A DNA stretch of 64,000 nucleotides from NCBI RefSeq assembly GCF_000189555.1, contig NC_017276.1; one strand, 5' to 3'. Positions 56,044-64,000 of the stretch are shown one piece after another (within the stretch, counting starts at the first letter, position 1; each line of letters opens with the position of its first letter). This DNA comes from Saccharolobus islandicus REY15A. GTDB lineage: Archaea > Thermoproteota > Thermoprotei_A > Sulfolobales > Sulfolobaceae. The position numbers were made by a program, and so were the translations under genes. Below the pieces are notes generated by a model, which did not search any database, was not told where the DNA came from, and worked only from the letters and a program-made list of their open reading frames with translations.

Positions 56044-58569
56044 TTATAATTCACACGTTTTACATCCGCCAGCATAAGTCTCTGAAACTTCGACAAACTT
56101 CTTTTCCATCCTTAAACTGGAAGGAAGTAACTGTGTTTTCTTTCCCTCCTCTTCCTTTTTCTTCTCGTATTCTTCCCTCTCTTTTTTAACTCCGAAGTAG
56201 ATTACTTGTTGTTGCTTGCTTTTATCTCTATAGACAGTTATACCTTTTATACCAAGTTTCCACGCTAATAAATAAACCTTCTCTACAGTCTCTGGTGGTT
56301 CCTCGGACCTTAAGTTAATAGTCTTAGAGGTTCCAGAGTCATTCCATTGTTGCCAAGCTGCTTGATGCAGAACGTGGTAAATTGGTGGAACCTCGTGAGC
56401 AGTTCTGAACAATTTCCTTAATGATCTTGGCATAAATACATTATCGCCAATTATTCCACTTTCAGCTATCTTCTGAATGACTTCCGGATCATCTAACTCA
56501 TATTTTCTGAGATACTCTAAGAAAAGTGGATCAATCTCTATAAACTTTCCAACTGCAACATTTCTGACAAACGCTAACGCAAAGAGTGGCTCTATTGAAG
56601 ATGAGGTTCCGGCTATTATTGAGATAGTACCAGTTGGAGCTATAGAAACTACAGTGGAATTCCTTAAACCATATTTTAACCTTTCGTCTTTTAGTAAATC
56701 AAAGTCTAACTTATCCACTACACTAGTTAGCTTTTTAACATAATCTGACGGTTTATCAGTGACTTCAGCAATTTGAAGTAATGAATTGAAGTCCAATGCG
56801 CTCTCCCAGATATCTCTATACAATTTTGAATCGTAGGTAGGGAATGGACCCTTCTCCTTAGCAACTTCAATAGATGCCTTATACGCATGATAGAATATAA
56901 ACTTGGCTAATTGGTATGACAAGTATATTGCGTCTACGCTATCATAAGCAATACCCAATTTAATAAACATCCTGGCTAATCCCATGACACCTAAACCAAC
57001 TTTTCTAGTCCTCTTGGTTGCATCTTCAATTTGCTTTAATGGGTAACGATTTGCATCAATTACATTATCTAAGAACCTTACTCCATAACTGATAATTTCT
57101 GCTAATCCGTCCCAATCTATCTCAACTTTACCGTTTCTCTCTATAATAAATTTCTCTAGATTTATAGAACCTAAATTGCAACTCTCCCAAGGTAATAGTG
57201 GCTCTTCACCACATGGATTAGTAGCGTTAATCTTACCTAAATACCATACCGGGTGCCTCCTATTAATAGTATCAATAAAGAGAAGACCAGGATCACCACT
57301 ATCCCAAGCTCCTTTAACGATTTCATCGAATAGTGATTTAGCATTAACATATCTTACAACAGCACCCTCCTTCGAGGCTATTATGAGGGCCTCATCAACT
57401 GTAATGACTTTACTCTCATCCAATGAAACTACTCCACCTTTTTCTTCTAGTTCTGATATGATAACCTCTTGAATCCACTCCTCATTCATATAACCTCTAG
57501 CTTTTGTAATATAATATTCGTGATCCCTTCCTGCTATTTTAGTCTTTCTAGGGTTAATCAAAGGTACACTCTCGCCTTTTACAACAGCCTCCATAAAGTA
57601 GTCATAAGCACCTACAGAAATATTGAAATTCTGCAACTGAACGTCCTTCAATTGTCCAGTTTTTGCTCTTATGAAATCCTCAATATCAGCGTGCCATGCA
57701 TGCATAACTCCCATATTAGCTCCTCTTCTCTTTCCACCTTGCTTTATGACATCAGTAGAGGCATCAAATACTTTCATAAATGATACCGGGCCAGAGGCTA
57801 CACCTGCAGTCGAAGCAACAACATCGCCCTTAGGTCTTAATTCTGAGAAATCGAAACCTGTCCCTCCACCTTGTTGATGAACCAGAGCAGTAGCTCTTAA
57901 TGCGTCATATATACCATCTCCCTCTGGTGTAGTCATAGCATCTTTAACTGGAATTACGAAACATGCTGATAAGATGCCTAATCTAGTTTCACTATTCATT
58001 AAGGTTGGCGAATTAGGTACAAACTTTAGGCTGCTTATCATTTCGTAAAACTTCTCTTCTAACTGTTTAACTTCAGCCTCAGACTTATCATACTTTCTCT
58101 CAACTGACGCAAGAAATCTGGCTACTCTTCTGAATAACATCTGTGGTGTCTCAATATATCTTAAGGTATTTGGATCTTTCAATAAGTATCTAGCTTCCAA
58201 TACTTTTAATGCATTGTAAGAGAGAAGCAAGTCCTTTTCATTAAAATCTTTCCATTTCCCTTTACCGAAAACGTGATTGTAAATTCTAGCTAAGACATAT
58301 CGCTTCGCTAATTCCATTAAGAAAGGATACTTTAGAGAGTTCTCTATGAGATTTCTTTCTACTATATCAGCAATTGCTCTAGTATCTATAGCGTTATCCT
58401 TAACATTTGCTTGGACATCATTAACTATACCATCTGTTACCTCATCTGGTACAGAAGAAAGTTTAGATAATATCTTCTCTAATTTAAACTCGTCAACCCT
58501 TCCATCTCGTTTAATTACTTTAATCTTTCTTAAAGATGTAGAGTATAGTAACTGCTCCATTGTCTTCAA
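56044..58569 (-). CDS. nrdJ: Class II (adenosylcobalamin) ribonucleotide reductase with N-terminal ATP cone
   Basis: VIKRDGR cone, [50 protein letters not shown]-terminal CKTC; no intein seen. Confidence 0.95.
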   Translation of the reverse strand: MKTMEQLLYSTSLRKIKVIKRDGRVDEFKLEKILSKLSSVPDEVTDGIVNDVQANVKDNAIDTRAIADIVERNLIENSLKYPFLMELAKRYVLARIYNHVFGKGKWKDFNEKDLLLSYNALKVLEARYLLKDPNTLRYIETPQMLFRRVARFLASVERKYDKSEAEVKQLEEKFYEMISSLKFVPNSPTLMNSETRLGILSACFVIPVKDAMTTPEGDGIYDALRATALVHQQGGGTGFDFSELRPKGDVVASTAGVASGPVSFMKVFDASTDVIKQGGKRRGANMGVMHAWHADIEDFIRAKTGQLKDVQLQNFNISVGAYDYFMEAVVKGESVPLINPRKTKIAGRDHEYYITKARGYMNEEWIQEVIISELEEKGGVVSLDESKVITVDEALIIASKEGAVVRYVNAKSLFDEIVKGAWDSGDPGLLFIDTINRRHPVWYLGKINATNPCGEEPLLPWESCNLGSINLEKFIIERNGKVEIDWDGLAEIISYGVRFLDNVIDANRYPLKQIEDATKRTRKVGLGVMGLARMFIKLGIAYDSVDAIYLSYQLAKFIFYHAYKASIEVAKEKGPFPTYDSKLYRDIWESALDFNSLLQIAEVTDKPSDYVKKLTSVVDKLDFDLLKDERLKYGLRNSTVVSIAPTGTISIIAGTSSSIEPLFALAFVRNVAVGKFIEIDPLFLEYLRKYELDDPEVIQKIAESGIIGDNVFMPRSLRKLFRTAHEVPPIYHVLHQAAWQQWNDSGTSKTINLRSEEPPETVEKVYLLAWKLGIKGITVYRDKSKQQQVIYFGVKKEREEYEKKKEEEGKKTQLLPSSLRMEKKFVEVSETYAGGCKTCEL

Positions 58570-58736
58570 GGATTATTATAACCTAGATCAATTTAACTTT
58601 ATACTGTACATGAGAAGAGTATTACCTCGTCGTATTTCAAAAAGATAATATCTGCTTTTTCAGAACTCAAAATTTAAAGGCATCATTAAAATAATTGAAT
58701 AGCTCCGAGTGAGAATTCTCATACTTACTAGCTAGG

Positions 58737-58809
58737 TAGCCGGGCAGGGATTCGAACCCTGGTCCCAGGGGCCAGAGCCCTGGATCCTTGACCACTAGAC
58801 TACCCGGCT
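58737..58809 (-). tRNA. tRNA-Gln(CUG), no intron
   Basis: AGCCGGGTAGTCTAGTGGTCAAGGATCCAGGGCT-CTG-GCCCCTGGGACCAGGGTTCGAATCCCTGCCCGGCTA; A1-U72 pair; AAACTTTTAAG promoter about 26 nt upstream. Confidence 0.98.
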
Positions 58810-58971
58810 GTATTTAAATAAGGGAACATTACTTAAAAGTTTATTACCACGTAGATAAGAAAGACCAACCCTAGATAAAAGAGACAAGAAGAATAAACGA
58901 GAATTAGGAAAAACTTACTCCTTCCTTTACCGCAATAAGCTTTAAATCTTATTATATGATAGTTTTCTTAA

Positions 58972-59062
<91 letters not shown>

Positions 59063-59269
59063 TCTTCCAAATATTTTTCTATAGCCATTCTAATTATTTC
59101 GCTTCTACTCATTCTACTATTTAATGCAAATAAATCTAGTTTTACTAAAAGTTCCTCCTCTGCTTTAAAAGTGATTACTCTAACCAATTTTCCTCTTTTA
59201 TAAATTGGTTAAGTAGTATATTATAGGAAAATTTCTATTATAAGCAAATAGAGAGGGAGTTGAGTGAAA

Positions 59270-60439
59270 CTAATATCCCAAAGACTTCAAGATTTCTTCT
59301 ATCCTATCCTTAAGCGTCTCTGGATCTTGCTCTTCAATTATAAAACCCCTTATTATAATCCCTTCAGCCTCTCTTTTACTTAACCCCCTAGTTTGTAGAT
59401 AGAAGATTTGATTTTCGTCTATCCTACTTACTGCAGCAGAGTGTTTAGCCATAACTACCCTGCCAGTTTTTACTTCAAGCATGGGAGAAACTACTGCTTT
59501 AGCATCTTTTCCTAAGACTAATGATCTACCAATTATCGATGTGGAAGAGTTAATTGCAGTCTCATCTATAGTTGCAACCCCCCTTACCACAGTAAACGCT
59601 TGATCGTTGGAGATTGCCTTCATAAAGCCATTGCTTACACTCCTCTGGCCTAGATGAATGACATTATTAACTACATCTATCTTATTGCTGTGCGTCCCAA
59701 AAGCTCTTGATGAGAACTCACTTACACTGCCCTCCTCTAGCCTAGTGTTAAATTGAACGTGACCCATTTTGTTACCGTTCACAAATATTGATGAATGCAT
59801 TGTACCTTTTATGTTAGCCTTAATGTACGAGAAAAGAAGACTGTTGTTGCTAGAGAAGTTCACAAATTGGAAATCTAAAGTAGAACCATCTTCTATATTA
59901 ACAGATATTATTGGAGTTATTAAGGAGCCTTCACCAAGATTTAGACCTTCATAAATTACCTTGATTTGTTTATCTTTAGGTACGTTAATTATTAGATGTG
60001 AAGGTAAAAGATATTTGTTTTTATTGACGACATGCCTAACGTGATACTCTCCTTCGTTACTTATTGTTATCCGCCTAGATAGAGAATAGGCAAGTGATAC
60101 TAATTTATGCTCATCACTACTTATAACATTATCATTCAATAAGTCATCTACTTCTATGTTATTTTTTGGAATTCTTATAGTGTCATCTATAATTTCAATT
60201 GTATTTTCAGTTTCACTATATTTTACTTCTTGCCTAGAAATTTCACTGAGGTTTAATGACTCGTATAAGTCCCATTCAGTATAATGTTTGATAGTTGGTG
60301 AGTCATGTATCAATTGATATGGCTTAGAAAGATACAAAGAAAACGCTTTTTCCCTCTCTCCTCTATCTTGTGTAAAGTTTTCATTAATTATTTTTTTAGC
60401 TAATTGTATATCGACTACTCCCAACTTAAGCCACTGCAC
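59270..60439 (-). CDS. sufD: Fe-S cluster assembly protein SufD-like
   Basis: Beta-helix core, VSPMLEV, AKHSAAVSRIDENQIFYLQTRGL. Confidence 0.9.
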   Translation of the reverse strand: MQWLKLGVVDIQLAKKIINENFTQDRGEREKAFSLYLSKPYQLIHDSPTIKHYTEWDLYESLNLSEISRQEVKYSETENTIEIIDDTIRIPKNNIEVDDLLNDNVISSDEHKLVSLAYSLSRRITISNEGEYHVRHVVNKNKYLLPSHLIINVPKDKQIKVIYEGLNLGEGSLITPIISVNIEDGSTLDFQFVNFSSNNSLLFSYIKANIKGTMHSSIFVNGNKMGHVQFNTRLEEGSVSEFSSRAFGTHSNKIDVVNNVIHLGQRSVSNGFMKAISNDQAFTVVRGVATIDETAINSSTSIIGRSLVLGKDAKAVVSPMLEVKTGRVVMAKHSAAVSRIDENQIFYLQTRGLSKREAEGIIIRGFIIEEQDPETLKDRIEEILKSLGY

Positions 60440-61865
60440 CTAGCTTATCTAATTCTAACTTTATAACCTTATTTAACATGGTAGCGTACTCAAATGGAAG
60501 TTCTTTCATGATCTCATCTATGAACCCTAATACTAGCATCGAAGTGGCCTCTTTTTCATCTATACCCCTTGTCATTAGATAGAAGAGTTGATCCTCATTC
60601 ATTCTGAATGTATGCGCTTCATGTCCTACGTCTGCGTCTTCCTCTAACACTTGATTATGTGGATACGTGTAGGCTTTAGTTTTATCATCAAGCATTAGAG
60701 AGTCGCATTTCACAAATGCCTTAGAACCTACTGCCCCTTTATTTACTTTAATTAATCCTCTATATACGTTAACACCACCATTGAAACCAATATTTTTGTT
60801 TACCACTTTGCTCTTAGTATAAGGTGCAGCATGGATCATTTTCGAACCACTATCTTTCCACTCACCCTCTCCACTGGTCATTGTAACTACTAAACTGGTT
60901 GATGAAGCGTTCTTCCCTCTAAGGATAGTTGATGGGTATACAAAACTGTACTTGGAACCTAATGATCCTTCGACCCATTCCACAGTCGAATTTTCGTCAG
61001 CCCATGCTCTCTTATTATTGAAATTAATCACGTTTTTGCTCCAGTTCTGGATTGTAGTGAACTTTATGTAAGCGTTCTTTTTTGCGTATAATTCTACCAT
61101 ACCATCATGGAATGAGTATTTCTTAAGTTGTGGTGCTGTACAACCTTCAATAAAGTGGATATACGATCCCTCGTCAGCTATTAGTAGAGTGTGCTCAAAC
61201 TGTCCTTCAAGCTCCGATCCTATTACGAAGAATCCTTCTACTGGTGTTGTTATCTTCACATTCTTTGGAACGTATACGAATACACCCCCACTCCATAATG
61301 CGCCATGTAAAGCGGCAAACTTGTGATCAGAGGCTGGAAATATCTTCATAAAGTACTCCTTCATAAGGTCCGGATATTTATTCACAGCTTCATCTATTGG
61401 TAGCATTACTACTCCTTTTTTCATTAGTTCAACTTTAACGTTAGAGTAAATTGGTTCTGATTCTAATACTGCTACAAGACCTCCTAGGAACTTTTTCTCA
61501 CTTTCAGGTATACCTAATTCATCGTAATATTTTCTTATTTCTGGTGGTAGCTCTTCCCAGCTTTGGGCTTTATCGACACCAGGCTTAACGTAAAGTTCTA
61601 ATGCTGAAATGTCTAAACTTGATAAAACGTCTGGTAACCAATTTGGCGTAGGTAATTTTTCGAATAATTCTAAGCCCTTTAATCTTAATTTTAACATCCA
61701 TTCTGGTTCTTTCTTTATTCTGGAAATTTCCTCTATCGTAGATCTGCTTAATCCCGATTCTACTATTCTTCTATGAAATTCTAACTGGTTAAGTTTATTG
61801 TACTTGGCGTCTATAGTAGCGTTTATTATCTCATGAAGATCTAATGATATTTTATCTTCTTGCAT
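60426..61865 (-). CDS. sufB: Fe-S cluster assembly protein SufB
   Basis: KKEPEWML..RL, KFAALHGALWSGGVFVYVP, GQFEHTLL, EGCTAP, CDSL, HEA, YLMTRG. Confidence 0.96.
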   Translation of the reverse strand: MQEDKISLDLHEIINATIDAKYNKLNQLEFHRRIVESGLSRSTIEEISRIKKEPEWMLKLRLKGLELFEKLPTPNWLPDVLSSLDISALELYVKPGVDKAQSWEELPPEIRKYYDELGIPESEKKFLGGLVAVLESEPIYSNVKVELMKKGVVMLPIDEAVNKYPDLMKEYFMKIFPASDHKFAALHGALWSGGVFVYVPKNVKITTPVEGFFVIGSELEGQFEHTLLIADEGSYIHFIEGCTAPQLKKYSFHDGMVELYAKKNAYIKFTTIQNWSKNVINFNNKRAWADENSTVEWVEGSLGSKYSFVYPSTILRGKNASSTSLVVTMTSGEGEWKDSGSKMIHAAPYTKSKVVNKNIGFNGGVNVYRGLIKVNKGAVGSKAFVKCDSLMLDDKTKAYTYPHNQVLEEDADVGHEAHTFRMNEDQLFYLMTRGIDEKEATSMLVLGFIDEIMKELPFEYATMLNKVIKLELDKLGAVA

Positions 61866-61878
61866 ACTTATAACCTAT

Positions 61879-61897
61879 TCTTTAACTCTGTTAAAGA
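61879..61897. promoter_or_regulatory. Perfect 8-3-8 palindrome TCTTTAAC-TCT-GTTAAAGA upstream of sufB
   Basis: Read directly; 14-32 nt upstream of the sufB ATG, overlapping a TTTAAC TATA-like element. Confidence 0.45.
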
Positions 61898-61930
61898 TGA
61901 ATATAAGTCTATCTTTAATAAAAAATAAAC

Positions 61931-62677
61931 TTATGAATTCCTCTCTAGGACTGCTTCATATCCTTTTTCGTCAATTAATTTGGCTAGTTCCATTCCTCCT
62001 TCCGCTATAATCTTCCCCCTATACAATACGTGAACTTTATCCGCACTTATGTGATCTAAAATTCTCCTATAATGGGTTATTATTAGATAGCCAACATTTA
62101 ATTCATTCTTAAGCTTATTTATAAAATACGAAATCATTCTAAGTCCATCAACGTCCACACCAGAATCTGGTTCATCTAAAATAGCTATCTTAGGCTTTAA
62201 TAGAAGCATTTGTAGGATTTCTACCCTCTTCTTTTCACCACCACTAAAGCCTTCAAACACTCCCCTATTCAATAAAGAATCTGCTATTCCAACTTCTTTG
62301 CTAATATTTTTAACTTTTGATATTACCTCCATTACTGAAGCGTTGGCACCACTTACCTTATTGTACTCTGCAACTAAAAGTGTCGATAACCTAACTCCGG
62401 CAATTTCTATCGGATTTTGAAAGGCCAAGAAAAGACCTCTTTTAGCTTTCTCATGAGGTTCTAAATTAGTTATATCCTCACCATCTAATGTTATCCTTCC
62501 CTTAGTAATTTTATATTTGGGATGTCCCATTAACGCCAAGGACAATGAAGTCTTACCGCTCCCGTTTGGACCCATTAATGCATGTATTTCTCCGCTCTTA
62601 ACTTCAAGATTTATACCCCTAAGTATTTCTTTGCCTTCAACCTCTACATGTAAATCCTCTATTTTTAACGTTACCAT
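61931..62677 (-). CDS. sufC: Fe-S cluster assembly ATPase SufC
   Basis: GPNGSGKTS, FLAFQNP, FSGGEKKR, LDEPDSGVD, ITHY. Confidence 0.96.
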   Translation of the reverse strand: MVTLKIEDLHVEVEGKEILRGINLEVKSGEIHALMGPNGSGKTSLSLALMGHPKYKITKGRITLDGEDITNLEPHEKAKRGLFLAFQNPIEIAGVRLSTLLVAEYNKVSGANASVMEVISKVKNISKEVGIADSLLNRGVFEGFSGGEKKRVEILQMLLLKPKIAILDEPDSGVDVDGLRMISYFINKLKNELNVGYLIITHYRRILDHISADKVHVLYRGKIIAEGGMELAKLIDEKGYEAVLERNS

Positions 62678-62693
62678 ACTCTATCCTCTCCTT

Positions 62694-63695
62694 TTACGCC
62701 GTTAAATCTTTTTCTATCCAAGGTAAGTCCTCTAAGAAAATCCCACACATGGAATTGTTTAGAGCATTTTCTAATAGATTTACTAAATCTTCTAAATACA
62801 AATTAAATGAGCTCGGTAAGGAATCCTTGATTTTTAAGAGATTTTGTCTTATTTGCGATATTAGATTGAATCCATTTGATATTCTTTTTACACTAGGGAA
62901 TAAGACGCTCATCACTATCTCATCTAATACATCATTTATACTAGTGAAAATCGATTTTAACGTATCCGTCTGGCTCGGGCTAACATCAAAGTTACCTCTA
63001 AGTTCAGAAATCTTTGACACTATATAATCTATATTTGTCAAAATAGATATATTCAATAAAATAAATGAATTCCTATAATATTCCGTACTACTGGATTGAT
63101 ACTTATTTCCTATTATTCTCCTAAGTAACATCAAATATATTTTCCTTAAATCGTCATTATTAGTTATACCGATTTGATGGGTTGTATTAAAATTAGTTAG
63201 AAACTTGGATACTTCGTCAATTCTTTTTGAGATAATATTTAATATACGTCTCAGTAAGGATTCAACTCCGACTTTCTCTGTATCTAGTAAACACTCTAAT
63301 TTGATTTTTTTCTCGGAATTCTCAACAACTTCTGCTCCAACTAGATGTTTAGATATGTAGAGAACATCTTCGAAATCCTTTTTAGTGAAATCTTTCTTTG
63401 TTTCAAAAACTATTTCATCGAATCCTAAAATGTATAGACATGGAATTATATTAATTAATGGCTGTTTTAACGAGTCTGCATCAACTAATATTGTCTTTTT
63501 CCCTGCGTTAGACTTAGCCTTCTCTGCTATTAGCCTTAAACTACCATCATCCAAGGCCTCAAGAATTACCTTGTCACCCGGCTTTATGCTCCATTTATTT
63601 ATCCATTTTTTCGGAAGTGTGATAAATAATGATGAAGAACCTAATTTCTGGACTTTTCTAGTCTCTATATCCCTGGCTATTTTTTCCTCACTCAA
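62694..63695 (-). CDS. AbrB/SpoVT-domain plus PhoU-like transcriptional regulator
   Basis: RKVQKLGSSSLFITLPKKW...IKPGD AbrB domain, then Y..G.D.I middle domain and helical PhoU-like repeats. Confidence 0.85.
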   Translation of the reverse strand: MSEEKIARDIETRKVQKLGSSSLFITLPKKWINKWSIKPGDKVILEALDDGSLRLIAEKAKSNAGKKTILVDADSLKQPLINIIPCLYILGFDEIVFETKKDFTKKDFEDVLYISKHLVGAEVVENSEKKIKLECLLDTEKVGVESLLRRILNIISKRIDEVSKFLTNFNTTHQIGITNNDDLRKIYLMLLRRIIGNKYQSSSTEYYRNSFILLNISILTNIDYIVSKISELRGNFDVSPSQTDTLKSIFTSINDVLDEIVMSVLFPSVKRISNGFNLISQIRQNLLKIKDSLPSSFNLYLEDLVNLLENALNNSMCGIFLEDLPWIEKDLTA

Positions 63696-63767
63696 AAGTA
63701 GTCCCTCTATATTATTTTCTTAAACAGTGTTTATAAAAGTCTTTCAAACTCTTAGAAAAGCTAATAC

Positions 63768-64000
63768 TTAATCTTTTCTACGCTTTACAGTAATTTTAAC
63801 TAACCATTTTACTCTTGTAACAGATAAACTGTCAATATCAGCATCCTCTGGTACCTTTACATTTAGAACATACTTCTTATTACTCTTATCTTTACAACTG
63901 ATTTTTAGACTATTATTGTTTTCAACTTTTACATATATTGTAGATGTGTCAACATTAGGAATGTCGATCAAGTAGTAATAGAAATCCTCAGATTCATAAA
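63768..64000 (-). CDS. Hsp20/alpha-crystallin-like small protein (5' end outside window)
   Basis: Frame open to the edge: YESEDFYYYLIDIPNVDTSTIYVKVENNNSLKI...VKVPEDADIDSLSV; DIP.V motif. Confidence 0.6.
   Translation of the reverse strand, partial: YESEDFYYYLIDIPNVDTSTIYVKVENNNSLKISCKDKSNKKYVLNVKVPEDADIDSLSVTRVKWLVKITVKRRKD

Noticed and set aside
56477-58648. Several plus-strand ORFs of 68-104 aa
   Set aside because: Antisense to nrdJ; no independent signals
58710-58721. 12-bp palindrome TGAGAATTCTCA between tRNA-Gln and nrdJ
   Set aside because: Single occurrence about 140 nt from the nrdJ start and does not extend; compatible with chance
58840-58970. Hydrophobic open frame on the minus strand between the two tRNAs
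   Set aside because: No start codon; arises from a purine-rich plus strand

Overview
AT-rich core-chromosome segment of a Sulfolobales crenarchaeon (Saccharolobus solfataricus / 'S. islandicus' type, judged from Cren7, Alba1/Alba2, TopR2-type reverse gyrase, intron-containing tRNAs and an ISC1058-like relic). In order it holds: glycogen genes (GH15, NDP-sugar pyrophosphorylase, GH57, glycogen synthase), a decayed IS5-family element with intact 9-bp target duplication, pyk, rpiA, tRNA-Leu(CAA, intron), homocitrate synthase, pyrH, cren7, srp54, aIF5A, topo VI A/B, deoxyhypusine synthase, RtcB, an Lhr helicase, alba2/reverse gyrase/alba1, XPB, gatCA, taw1, ribK/ribL, dph5, tbp, gar1-tfb, TFE-beta, trm1, fibrillarin-nop5, eS30, gatDE, class II RNR, tRNA-Gln(CUG), tRNA-Thr(UGU, intron) and sufCBD. 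I found no CRISPR array, virus or defence island and no unambiguous new multi-gene system. The notable material is what the ORF track misses: six candidate box C/D sRNAs read from their box patterns (two with guides matching tRNA-Gln, one of them directly behind gatDE; two whose AUGA box is also the start codon of the next gene), a TBP gene that seems to need a non-canonical AUC start, a ribK gene with no in-frame start for its N-terminal HTH, a Pus10 homologue lacking the catalytic Asp motif, and three small ORFs under 60 aa (zinc ribbon, eS30, and a ribbon-helix-helix gene that reads antisense through tRNA-Thr). Names of published orthologues (SSO numbers, sR numbers) are from memory and need database confirmation.
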